The notes beneath the pieces were generated by a model, which was not told the DNA's origin, made no database searches, and worked only from the letters and a program-made list of their open reading frames with translations. A DNA stretch of 37,596 bases. Origin: a virus (Duplodnaviria; Caudoviricetes). The position numbers and the translations under genes are program-made. Positions within the stretch are counted from its first letter, which is position 1, and every line of letters begins with the position of its first letter. This document shows positions 1-7,584 of this stretch, one piece after another. The stretch lies in the IMG/VR virus record IMGVR_UViG_3300037506_000023, positions 1 to 37,596 of that record; one strand, 5' to 3'.

Positions 1-87
1 GCGGGGCCTCCTTCTCGTGGGGTAGACTTACCTCAGAGAGAGGGGGGACGGTATGAGGGAGCGAATCGAGCGGTCCGAGTGGTTGAA
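1..87. repeat. Terminal direct repeat, left copy (assembly circularity overlap)
   Basis: 1-87 matches 37510-37596 except T18 vs G37527. Confidence 0.95.
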
Positions 88-325
88 CGCTCTCGCGTTG
101 GCGGTCGGCGCATTCGCGTTGCTTGGGCTGGCGCTGATGCTGTCGTCGTGTTCGTCAAAGGGCGTCGTACGTTTCCGCGTGGCGAACGAGACGCCGCACA
201 AGCTGACGTTCCGCACGAGCGCGGGTGTCTTCTCACGCTCGATCACGCTTGAGCCTGGGGTGGTATGGGACGGATGGGCGGACCCGCGCTTCGTCTCGTC
301 TCAGATCGTGGTGAGCGTGAAGTAG
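53..325 (+). CDS. Small lipoprotein, last gene of the late/lysis region across the circular junction
   Basis: Hydrophobic signal ending in lipobox LSSC; G-rich RBS upstream; beta-rich mature part. Confidence 0.7.
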   Translation: MRERIERSEWLNALALAVGAFALLGLALMLSSCSSKGVVRFRVANETPHKLTFRTSAGVFSRSITLEPGVVWDGWADPRFVSSQIVVSVK

Positions 326-530
326 CTTGCTTGTTCCAACTCCTACTCCCGCTCCAGCTCCAGCTCCAGCCCCAGCTCCAGCTCCAGCTCCAGCTTCCGC
401 TTCCGCTCCCGCTCCAGCTCCTGCTCCTGCTCCTGCTCCTGCTCCCGCTCCTGCTCCAGCTCCAGCTTCCGCTCCTGCTCCAGCTCCAGCTCATGCTCCT
501 GCTTCTGCTTCTAAGCATCGTTGCGATCAT
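243..530 (-). CDS. Ser-X (SW/SR/SG) dipeptide-repeat peptide
   Basis: ATG at 530 with GAGGA RBS; MIATMLR followed by about 29 S-X units; co-oriented with the leftward operon. Confidence 0.6.
   Translation of the reverse strand: MIATMLRSRSRSMSWSWSRSGSWSWSRSGSRSRSRSRSWSGSGSGSWSWSWSWGWSWSWSGSRSWNKQATSRSPRSETRRSAGPPIRPIPPQAQA
339..511. repeat. Degenerate hexamer tandem repeat (GCTCCA/GCTCCT/GCTCCC/GCTTCC)
   Basis: Visible directly; the minus strand reads AGC-NGR codon pairs. Confidence 0.95.
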
Positions 531-550
531 CACGTCCTCGTCTTCGTTTT

Positions 551-586
551 TGGTGGTGGCGTGGGGTCCTTCCCACGCCACCACTA
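551..586. other. Intergenic hairpin with a 13-bp perfect stem
   Basis: GTGGTGGCGTGGG (553-565) pairs with CCCACGCCACCAC (572-584); no downstream U-tract on either strand. Confidence 0.8.
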
Positions 587-597
587 CGGTAACCCGC

Positions 598-861
598 CTA
601 TTTCGCCGCTCGCGGAAGCTCGTGACGGTAAAGCGTAGAATCAACGATTGTGTCGAGTCGCACGTCCACCGGATCGGGGAACGGCTCTACCTCCGAGTAG
701 GTACCTTTCAGCAGAAACTCTCCCCATCGTCCGCTATCAGCGAGCCACGACGCATCGACGAGAGTGACCGTTGTGTCGTCGATTGCGGCCACGCGCCCGA
801 TGTAGTGCCATGTCACCGTGCGGATGACGACATGGTTGCCGATGCTAAGTACTTTGGTCAT
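598..861 (-). CDS. Small beta-rich phage protein, probable Sm-like fold
   Basis: GGAGG RBS; IGNHVVIRTVTWHYIGRVAAIDDTTVTLVDASW pattern resembles Sm/SH3-like barrels (recognition by eye). Confidence 0.7.
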   Translation of the reverse strand: MTKVLSIGNHVVIRTVTWHYIGRVAAIDDTTVTLVDASWLADSGRWGEFLLKGTYSEVEPFPDPVDVRLDTIVDSTLYRHELPRAAK

Positions 862-896
862 ACATCCTCCCTTTCTCTTACGTTTCACGGGTTTCT

Positions 897-1586
897 TTAC
901 AGCGTCACCCCGTCGTCGTCACCCACGGCGACTCGTTGTCGCGGCTCGCTCGTCTTCCAGACGCGGACGCCGGGGATACGGGCCTCGCTCTTCAGAGCGT
1001 TAACGACAGCGCGAACCTTCTTCTCGTCCACGACCTTGTATTCGCCGGGCACGACGGCGGCATCCTCGATCTCAAAGTGCCACTGATCGACGTAGTACAC
1101 GCCCTCGATGGTCGGGACGGACGACTCGACCGAGATCGGAGGTGCGATGATGGGGCGTTGCGCGAGGTTCGCCGCCGACGCGGTCTTGCCCGCCGCTTCA
1201 AGCCGGGCGATCTCCTGCTCTCGTCGAGCGAGCGCGGAGACTTCGGCTTGAACGCGAAGTTGCGCCTCCTTCTCCCGCCGCTCTCGTTCTTGGGCGGCGG
1301 TCCAATCCGCCATGGCGACCTTCGCCGCCTCGTCAAAGACCTTGAGCGGAGATTCGAGGGCCTTGCGCTGGAAGCGTGTCGTCTCAAGCGCGTCACGTTG
1401 CGCCTTGATGATCGGGTCGAACGTCTCCGCGATCTGGCCAAGCAGCTTCCGCACGCGGGCACGGGCGTTGACCACGGAGATGTAGTCTGCATTCGTCGCT
1501 ATCGTAATGTTCGTCGTCGCCGAAACGACCTCGGCGACCTCCTGACGTAAGACCTCGTGGATGCTCGGTTTCGTTTTCTTCGACAT
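897..1586 (-). CDS. Coiled-coil protein of the recombination module (Gp157/Gam-like C-terminus)
   Basis: Long helical charged region and C-terminal WHFEIED..VPGEY..VDEKKV..IPGVRV; adjacent to nuclease and SSAP; AAAGGG RBS. Confidence 0.65.
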   Translation of the reverse strand: MSKKTKPSIHEVLRQEVAEVVSATTNITIATNADYISVVNARARVRKLLGQIAETFDPIIKAQRDALETTRFQRKALESPLKVFDEAAKVAMADWTAAQERERREKEAQLRVQAEVSALARREQEIARLEAAGKTASAANLAQRPIIAPPISVESSVPTIEGVYYVDQWHFEIEDAAVVPGEYKVVDEKKVRAVVNALKSEARIPGVRVWKTSEPRQRVAVGDDDGVTL

Positions 1587-1588
1587 CG

Positions 1589-2188
1589 CTACCCTTTCGT
1601 CAATCGGTGTTTCTTGAGCCATCGCCAGAGACAGAGCGCGGAGATCCATTCGTCACGCGCCGGTTCGTGTTCGACGAGTTTCGGAAGGCCGTCGCCGCCG
1701 TCGAGATAGAGAGTCCAAAGCGCGGGATCGCCGAGCGAGGCGCAGTCGTCGGTCATGGCGTAGGCCGTGAGTTGGAGCCGATGCCACGGATACGACCGCC
1801 CCGTCTTGATGTCGAGAATCCCGGCGCGACCGTTGAGCTTGATGATCCTGTCGAGCGTCCCCGCGTACGCGAGCGACTCGGAGCGGACGATTCGCTCGAT
1901 ACCCATGATCTCGATCTTAAGCGCGTCCTTGAAGCGTCGCCACTGGTCGAGGTACGGAACGTAGCACGCATCGACCGTAAGCTCGTCGAGGTCGCGCCGG
2001 TCTTCCAGTTCGGTCGCCCTGTGAACGTCGGTTCCGAAATCTGCGCGGTCGCCCGTGAAGCGCGACACGTCGCCCATGGCTCCGACCTCGCGAAGCACAC
2101 GCGTCACGCGGGCGAATTTGCGCCCATCGGGGAGTGCGTAATCCTCCCCGACGAGCCTGATTGAAGGGTCGTCGTGGTCGCCGGACAT
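1589..2188 (-). CDS. PD-(D/E)XK family exonuclease
   Basis: GTDVH, E..V, YAGTLD, ILDIKTG and QLTAYA motifs. Confidence 0.85.
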   Translation of the reverse strand: MSGDHDDPSIRLVGEDYALPDGRKFARVTRVLREVGAMGDVSRFTGDRADFGTDVHRATELEDRRDLDELTVDACYVPYLDQWRRFKDALKIEIMGIERIVRSESLAYAGTLDRIIKLNGRAGILDIKTGRSYPWHRLQLTAYAMTDDCASLGDPALWTLYLDGGDGLPKLVEHEPARDEWISALCLWRWLKKHRLTKG

Positions 2189-2190
2189 GA

Positions 2191-3102
2191 CTACGCTTCC
2201 TCCGGCATAGCCTTGTCTTTCGGCCCCGACGAATCTTTCGCGACGTTCTCTACGTCGCCTGCGACGACGAGCGTATCGAGACGGTTCGACTGACGTTGTT
2301 CGCCGCTCTTCGTGTCGCTCCACGTCTCGACGTGATAGGTGATCGTGACGGGCAGCTCTTCGAGCTTCGCGTGCTTCGCGTCTTCGGCGGCGGTCTTCGA
2401 GTAGGTCGTCCACCGAATGTCACCCGCCTTGATCGTGTAGATCGTCTTGCCGTTAACGTTCGGCTTTTGCAGCACGTCGGAGATCGCGCCGGTCCAGGAG
2501 AGCGACTCGGGTGCGGGGTGCGCGGGAGTCGTCGCCGCCTTCGTCGCGCTCTTCGCTTGCGGCTTCTTCCGTGCGGTCGGCGATTGCGACGTCGCGACCT
2601 CGACGCCTTCGGCCTCGGCGACCATCTCCTCGGCGGGCGTCGCGTCGTACCCCGCGAGGGCGATCACGAACCCAAGCGGAAGGCGAAGGGCCTTGCTCGT
2701 TGCGCGTGTCTGAGCCATCGACCGGCGCGCGAAGTCGTCGCGTTGCGCCCAGAGCCGCTCGTCGGAGGTGCATTGTGCTTCCGCCGCGCCGACGAGGTTT
2801 CCCGCGAGCGTCCGCGCCTCGACGCGGGCCTCCCATCCGCCATCGACGCGCCGACACCAGACGAGGACAGGAAAGACGCCGAGCATGGAACCGAGCAGCG
2901 TCCAGCCCTCGACTCGGACGTGTTTCCTGCCAGAGATCGCGGTATAGAGCTTGCGCGAGTCGATCACGTCGGCAAGAGCCTTCGCTACGGCGGTCGCCTT
3001 GACCACGACGGCGGCGGGATCTTGCGTGCCGAAGAGAGTCGAGATATCGCGTGGTGTCGCGACGGGAGTTGCGACGACGATCTCGGATTGTGCGTCTGGC
3101 AT
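2191..3102 (-). CDS. Putative single-strand annealing (recombinase) protein with C-terminal beta domain
   Basis: GRKHVRVEGW, SMAQTRA.SKALR and GY.ATPAEEM motifs; adjacent to an exonuclease. Confidence 0.65.
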   Translation of the reverse strand: MPDAQSEIVVATPVATPRDISTLFGTQDPAAVVVKATAVAKALADVIDSRKLYTAISGRKHVRVEGWTLLGSMLGVFPVLVWCRRVDGGWEARVEARTLAGNLVGAAEAQCTSDERLWAQRDDFARRSMAQTRATSKALRLPLGFVIALAGYDATPAEEMVAEAEGVEVATSQSPTARKKPQAKSATKAATTPAHPAPESLSWTGAISDVLQKPNVNGKTIYTIKAGDIRWTTYSKTAAEDAKHAKLEELPVTITYHVETWSDTKSGEQRQSNRLDTLVVAGDVENVAKDSSGPKDKAMPEEA

Positions 3103-3139
3103 GGCTACCCTTTCGTGTTGGAGGAAAAGTGAGGTCGAT

Positions 3140-3167
3140 ATTCTACGAGCGACCCGCGACGGGTCAA
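3140..3167 (-). promoter_or_regulatory. Sigma70-like promoter for the recombination genes
   Basis: TTGACC-16 nt-TAGAAT on the minus strand; palindrome GACCCG-CGA-CGGGTC (3151-3165) overlaps the -35 box and spacer. Confidence 0.7.
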
Positions 3168-3424
3168 GGCTTCTTGCGAATGTCGACGATGGACATTGTG
3201 ACGTGAACGCCAAGGGCTTCGAGCCGAACCATGAGCGCGTCGAGGATCTCGTCCGACTCGCGTACGCGGATCGTGAGACGGTCGATCTCGTCGAGCGAGC
3301 GCACTTTCGCCGTGCCGACGAGCTCGACGTGGCGTTTAAGCGTCGCGACGTCGTCGCATCTCTGGATCTCGGCGACGATATCCGGGAGCGGCGTATGTTC
3401 GCTACCGCACGCGCATAAGGTCAC
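3164..3424 (-). CDS. Hypothetical protein
   Basis: GTG start with GAGGAGG RBS, overlapping the upstream stop (GTGA). Confidence 0.6.
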   Translation of the reverse strand: MTLCACGSEHTPLPDIVAEIQRCDDVATLKRHVELVGTAKVRSLDEIDRLTIRVRESDEILDALMVRLEALGVHVTMSIVDIRKKP

Positions 3425-3597
3425 TGCCGCACCTCCTCTTCGACGGTCGAGTCCGACGAGTGCTCTCCGTACTCGATTCGCGCAAGCATGGCAAGGAGAT
3501 CGGTACACGCGACTCGATATCCCTCGTGGTACGGGTCGGCTCCGCTCTGGATCGAGCGAAGCCGCTTGATTGCGCGACGTAGATCATTCGCGTTCAT
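3421..3597 (-). CDS. Hypothetical 58-aa protein (MNANDLRRAIKRL...EEEVRQ), absent from the ORF track
   Basis: GAGGAG RBS, ATG at 3597, TGA coupled to the next start. Confidence 0.65.
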   Translation of the reverse strand: MNANDLRRAIKRLRSIQSGADPYHEGYRVACTDLLAMLARIEYGEHSSDSTVEEEVRQ

Positions 3598-3790
3598 CGT
3601 GGATCTCCTCGATGCGGTCGAGCGCGTCGCCCTTGCACGCCGGACAGATCGCGGCGTCGTCGTCCACGAAGAAGACGCCGCCGTATTCGGAGAACACCTC
3701 GGCGGTCCAGGAGTGGCCGCTCTCGCAGCGGCAACGACCGATCCACACGCGGTATCGGCCGCTCTCGATGTGGCGGTCGAAGTTGGTCAC
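3584..3790 (-). CDS. Small zinc-ribbon protein
   Basis: CESGH...CPAC; GGGAG RBS; GTGA coupling. Confidence 0.65.
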   Translation of the reverse strand: MTNFDRHIESGRYRVWIGRCRCESGHSWTAEVFSEYGGVFFVDDDAAICPACKGDALDRIEEIHDERE

Positions 3791-3978
3791 GGCGACTCCC
3801 TTCGCGGCAGGGCCGCCGCGATGAGGTCTGCGAGGTGCTCCGAGCATGGCTGGCAGAGATGAACGGTTCGTGGCGTCTCCGAGATTGCCCACGGCCGCAG
3901 CGTGATCTCGATGACGTCGAGCGCACGGTCGCCACAGTCATCGCAACGACCGACGCCGGGGAGCGTGGTAACGTTCAT
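3787..3978 (-). CDS. Small zinc-finger protein
   Basis: CDDC...CQPC; GAAAGGA RBS. Confidence 0.65.
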   Translation of the reverse strand: MNVTTLPGVGRCDDCGDRALDVIEITLRPWAISETPRTVHLCQPCSEHLADLIAAALPRRESP

Positions 3979-3995
3979 GTCTGTCCTTTCTACTG

Positions 3996-4047
3996 GCGCG
4001 GAATTGCGCGTGAGCCCCCGGAGCACCGGGGGCGTGGCGCGCTATTC
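3996..4047. repeat. Intergenic hairpin repeat, copy 1
   Basis: 21-nt and 17-nt arms identical to 4346-4399, enclosing a different inner stem-loop. Confidence 0.9.
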
Positions 4048-4329
4048 GGTGGCACGAAGAACGAGATAGCCACGCGCATCGTCACGCGTGACCGCGACCG
4101 CGGCGGGCTCGAACTCACGAGCGATAGCGAGCACGTCGTCGAGCGTCTCAGGGCGCTCCCAGACGTCGGATTTTTCGCGCACGTCATCTTCTGATTCAAA
4201 TTCAAGCTCGAGGTCGCCAAACTCAGTCTTCGCCAAATGCGCGGGCGCGTACATCCACCAGCCGACCGGGTACTGCGCGCCGTACCGTATATCAGAATAC
4301 CACAGTTGGCCGACGACAATGTTGCCCAT
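4042..4329 (-). CDS. Hypothetical protein flanked by the two hairpin repeats
   Basis: AAAGGAGG RBS; ends GAA TAG inside repeat copy 1. Confidence 0.75.
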   Translation of the reverse strand: MGNIVVGQLWYSDIRYGAQYPVGWWMYAPAHLAKTEFGDLELEFESEDDVREKSDVWERPETLDDVLAIAREFEPAAVAVTRDDARGYLVLRATE

Positions 4330-4345
4330 GGCGGCCCTCCTTTGT

Positions 4346-4399
4346 GCGCGGAATTGCGCGTGAGCCGCTCCGACCGCGGAGCGGCGTGGCGCGCTATTC
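4346..4399. repeat. Intergenic hairpin repeat, copy 2
   Basis: Same arms as 3996-4047. Confidence 0.9.
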
Positions 4400-4846
4400 A
4401 GACGCCGCCTGGGCGACGCGTGTCTCCGCGTCGAGCGCCGTGACGACGCTCTGCGCGACCGCAGGGATGGCGGGCGCGAGCTCCGCGAGCAGCAAGACCG
4501 GGGCGGGGCGAAGACTCACGTCGCCAAGCCGCACCGACCCGCGCTGGCGCTGATGGTTGTGCCCGTCGTGGTACGAAAGATCCGCGTATCCAAGCGTCCA
4601 CAACCCGTCTACCACGAGGCGATTCTCTGACGCTTCGATGCGTGGCCAGCCCGGACCCTGCGAGCAGGTAGCTGTGACGCGCTCGCGAGTGATGTAGTGC
4701 TGACCAACCCTGAGCTCTCCACGCTCACGCACCAGGGGTTCGAGGATGCTGTCGAGCCTGACCGCCCACGCGTCGCGCGCGTCGTTGCGACGGACGAGTG
4801 CGCGTGCGATCATGTCGAGGACGTTGTTCGCTTCTGTCATTGCCAT
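4394..4846 (-). CDS. Hypothetical protein
   Basis: AAAGGAG RBS; ends GAA TAG inside repeat copy 2. Confidence 0.75.
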   Translation of the reverse strand: MAMTEANNVLDMIARALVRRNDARDAWAVRLDSILEPLVRERGELRVGQHYITRERVTATCSQGPGWPRIEASENRLVVDGLWTLGYADLSYHDGHNHQRQRGSVRLGDVSLRPAPVLLLAELAPAIPAVAQSVVTALDAETRVAQAASE

Positions 4847-4872
4847 GTCGTTCTCCTTTCCTGTCTACATAT

Positions 4873-4900
4873 ACTATACGTAATTGACCACGAAATGCAA
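4873..4900 (-). promoter_or_regulatory. Sigma70-like promoter
   Basis: TTGCAT-16 nt-TATAGT in an AT-rich intergenic patch. Confidence 0.65.
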
Positions 4901-4995
4901 CACGAAATCGTCCAGAAAATCGTGATGGGTCGAGTCACCCATCATGGGTGGCTATGGGTCGGCGTGGAGCGCGACGACGTCTGACGGCGGCCGGG

Positions 4996-5202
4996 TTACT
5001 CCTTTCGCTCCGCGACGGCGTCCGCAATCCCGCGCTGAATGAAGTGCGCGCACGCCGCGCCGAATCCAAGGTTGCGTTCGAGCGCGTAGAGGCGGACGTA
5101 TTCCGCGAGATCGACTCGTAAGCGGATCACGACGCGCTCGCTCATCTCGGCGTTGACCTCCACGGGCCGACCGGACTTCCTCTTGGGTGCTTCCATCGTC
5201 AT
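4996..5202 (-). CDS. Ribbon-helix-helix (Arc-like) DNA-binding protein
   Basis: KSGRP then ERVVIRLRVDLAEYVRLYALERN..FG: beta-strand-helix-helix pattern; AGGAG RBS. Confidence 0.6.
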   Translation of the reverse strand: MTMEAPKRKSGRPVEVNAEMSERVVIRLRVDLAEYVRLYALERNLGFGAACAHFIQRGIADAVAERKE

Positions 5203-5206
5203 TCTC

Positions 5207-5497
5207 CTAGCTTTGTCCCTGCGCGCCGTCGTCGCTCGCGACGATCCCGCGTGGGATGAATCCCTGTCTCCGAGCCCACGCAACCATACGCGTCTCGTAC
5301 TCGCCTCGGTCGACGAACTCCGTCTTGCCGTCGGCATTGTGGAGCGTGAACGTCTCATGCTCCGCCGCGAGAACGATGATCCAGCCGAGGCGGTTCTGTC
5401 GAAGCGACTTGACCGCCTTGTTGTCCTCGGCACGCCTCGCACGACCGATCTTTGCCGTGAGGGTCTTGATCCGCTCTTGGATCTCAGTTTTGGTCAT
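5207..5497 (-). CDS. Hypothetical basic protein
   Basis: AAGGAG RBS; tightly packed in the operon. Confidence 0.7.
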   Translation of the reverse strand: MTKTEIQERIKTLTAKIGRARRAEDNKAVKSLRQNRLGWIIVLAAEHETFTLHNADGKTEFVDRGEYETRMVAWARRQGFIPRGIVASDDGAQGQS

Positions 5498-6347
5498 GGC
5501 TATTCTCCTTCTGTATCGAAGATGACCACGGCTCGAAGGGCGGGTACTCCGTCGGCTTGCGAGACGGAAGCGCGGGCATCAACTCGTGGTCGACTTCAAG
5601 CGACGTCGGGCGCAGGATGTAGACCTTGTCGGGCTCGCAGATCCAGCGTTGCGCGTCGTCGAGAATCTCGTCGCCGTACTGAGCCGCCGTCGCGTCGATG
5701 GCGTCGCGCAGGATCTCGACCGTCGAGCCGAAGACGACGATGCCGAGTCGCGGGAGACGCAGGATCGAACACGGTCGTCCGTCGTCGCGAAGAAGGCGGA
5801 TCGAGCCGTCGCGTCGGTCGAGGACCGCGATAGCGTAGTCCGCCCCCGCGCCCTGGACGGCGCGATAGAACCCGCGCATCCCTTCCGGCGTGTCGACGCT
5901 CTTCCCCGCGTGCCGCTCGATCACGCGCAGGATCACCTCCGAGTCGCACTCGGACGCAAGCTTGACGCCCTCGCGGGATGCGAGAGCGCGATAGCCACGC
6001 ACGACGCCGTTATGGACCAGTGCGAGCGGCCCGAGCGCGCCGCTTCGCCCCGACTGGAACGGATGGTTGTTCTCGTTCTTCCCCGGCGAGCCATGGGTCG
6101 CGAGTCGACAATGGAGGATCGCGGAGCGCGCCCGCAGCGCGATGTTCCACGCCGGAGTGCGAACGAAGTGGATTGCCGGGATCGGCCCCTTGCCGACCGT
6201 CATTTTCTTCGCGCCGTAGTACCCCGCGAACCCCGTCGCGTCCGCCCCGCGTGATTGCGTCGCGACGAGAAGCTCAGTCACGAAGAGACGGAACGCCTCC
6301 ACCCTGTCGGTGGGCGGTTGACCCGCCCACCCCGCGATACCGCACAC
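5484..6347 (-). CDS. Class II (Ntn) glutamine amidotransferase domain protein
   Basis: GTG start gives M-CGIAG with N-terminal Cys nucleophile; RG.DATG, HCRLATHG, NNHPF, LVHNG and CDSE motifs; GGAGG RBS. Confidence 0.9.
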   Translation of the reverse strand: MCGIAGWAGQPPTDRVEAFRLFVTELLVATQSRGADATGFAGYYGAKKMTVGKGPIPAIHFVRTPAWNIALRARSAILHCRLATHGSPGKNENNHPFQSGRSGALGPLALVHNGVVRGYRALASREGVKLASECDSEVILRVIERHAGKSVDTPEGMRGFYRAVQGAGADYAIAVLDRRDGSIRLLRDDGRPCSILRLPRLGIVVFGSTVEILRDAIDATAAQYGDEILDDAQRWICEPDKVYILRPTSLEVDHELMPALPSRKPTEYPPFEPWSSSIQKENSHDQN

Positions 6348-6369
6348 TACGCCACCTCCACGATCTCGT

Positions 6370-6497
6370 ATCTCCTTCCTATCTACTCGTAATAGGACAC
6401 TGTATGTCCACAAAAGTCAACACGAATCGAACAATCCACTTGACGAGCGACGTAAAAAAGGTACTACGATATAGGGCGTGAAAGATAGGAAGGAGAT
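6370..6497. promoter_or_regulatory. Divergent promoter region bounded by a 15-bp inverted repeat
   Basis: ATCTCCTTCCTATCT (6370-6384) and AGATAGGAAGGAGAT (6483-6497); TTGACT (minus) and TTGACG (plus) -35-like boxes inside; -10 boxes imperfect. Confidence 0.6.
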
Positions 6498-6501
6498 CGG
6501 T

Positions 6502-7482
6502 ATGCCGGTCGGAGGCGCAACGTTCGATCATGGCCGTAGATTCGGCGTCGAGATCGAGGCGTACGGGCTGACGATGGATCGGGTTACGGAGGTCGTCGCG
6601 TCCGCAACAGCTCGAGGTTGTCAAGTCGTCGGGTACGGCGACGCGCATCGCACGATCCCCGCGTGGAAGGTCACGAGCGACGGCAGCGTACGCGGGGAGC
6701 ACACGTTCGAGCTCGTCTCGCCACCGCTTGCTGGCGCGGGGGGACTCGCGGACCTCAAGGCGGTCTTGAACGCGATCTCCCGTGCCGGAGCACGCGTCAA
6801 CCGCTCCTGCGGCCTTCACGTGCACCATGACGCGGCGGACCTCGATGTCACGCATCTCAAGGCCCTTGCAACGCTCTGGTGGCGGTTCGAGGATGTACTG
6901 CTCTACTTCGTCTCGCCGAGTCGCCGGGCGAACTCCTACGCACGCCCGGCGGTTGATCGTGGCTTCGGCTCCGCGTTCGGCCTCCCACGAACGGCGAGCG
7001 TCGCCGACGAAGTCTCGGCGTTCGCGGCGAAGATGTCGACGCGCCACCAGCGCAAGGACACGTTCGCGAACGCGGTCCAGCCGGACCGCTATTCGATGCT
7101 CAACTTCCAGGCCCTTGCGCGACACGGCACGGTCGAGTTCCGCGCCCACCAAGGCACGGTCAACTACGCGAAGGTCGAGGCGTGGATCGCGCTAACGCAG
7201 ACGCTCGTGACACGCGCCCGTCACGCTCGCGTCACGATTGCTCCGCGACTCGTCGGCGAATACGCAGCAGAGACGCGGTTTTTCTTTCGTGCGATCCACT
7301 GGGTCAATCTAACGGACCCCGTCATCATCCGAGCGAAGAATCATCTCCGAGAGCGGTTCAACGCCTTCCGGCGTGAGGGCTCGACCGCGCACGATGAGGC
7401 CGAGGTCGGCGAAGGCCCTCGCACGTCGGCGCAACTCCGCGAGGCGGAGGCGGCGCGAGCGGCGGTGAGGTCAACACTCTAA
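6502..7482 (+). CDS. Putative amidoligase (COOH-NH2 ligase, Amidoligase_2 type)
   Basis: FGVEIE, SDGS, ELVSPPL, CGLHVH, RY..LN and GTVEFR motifs; AAGGAG RBS before ATG 6502. Confidence 0.9.
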   Translation: MPVGGATFDHGRRFGVEIEAYGLTMDRVTEVVASATARGCQVVGYGDAHRTIPAWKVTSDGSVRGEHTFELVSPPLAGAGGLADLKAVLNAISRAGARVNRSCGLHVHHDAADLDVTHLKALATLWWRFEDVLLYFVSPSRRANSYARPAVDRGFGSAFGLPRTASVADEVSAFAAKMSTRHQRKDTFANAVQPDRYSMLNFQALARHGTVEFRAHQGTVNYAKVEAWIALTQTLVTRARHARVTIAPRLVGEYAAETRFFFRAIHWVNLTDPVIIRAKNHLRERFNAFRREGSTAHDEAEVGEGPRTSAQLREAEAARAAVRSTL

Positions 7483-7510
7483 TAGATAATAGAGCCTTCT
7501 TTCCTATCGA

Positions 7511-7547
7511 GGCCGCGTCGGGGTGTTCCCGGCGCGGCTTTTCTTTT
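7511..7547 (+). terminator. Intrinsic terminator
   Basis: GGCCGCGTCGGG/CCCGGCGCGGCT stem followed by a T-rich tract. Confidence 0.85.
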
Positions 7548-7574
7548 GACCCGGCGGTCGGCGAGCGTTAGGAT
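7546..7574 (+). promoter_or_regulatory. Sigma70-like promoter of the replication operon
   Basis: TTGACC-17 nt-TAGGAT. Confidence 0.75.
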
Positions 7575-7584
7575 TCGCGCTCTC

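Noticed and set aside
1-87. Terminal repeat as physical genome ends
   Set aside because: It cuts through a gene start and its length fits an assembly overlap; packaging ends cannot be inferred without read data
339-511. Possible CRISPR array or DGR variable region
   Set aside because: 6-bp tandem units with no spacers; no cas or reverse transcriptase gene and no template repeat
265-1086. Plus-strand poly-Leu/Gln ORF and Ala-Pro repeat ORF (327-638)
   Set aside because: Shadow frames of the stop-free hexamer repeat; antisense to a coherent minus-strand operon and lacking an RBS
1589-2188. Cas4 assignment
   Set aside because: Lacks the four-Cys Fe-S motif; context is a phage recombination module
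3402-3587. Track ORF MIYVAQ...
   Set aside because: The alternative frame 3421-3597 has a better RBS and stop/start coupling
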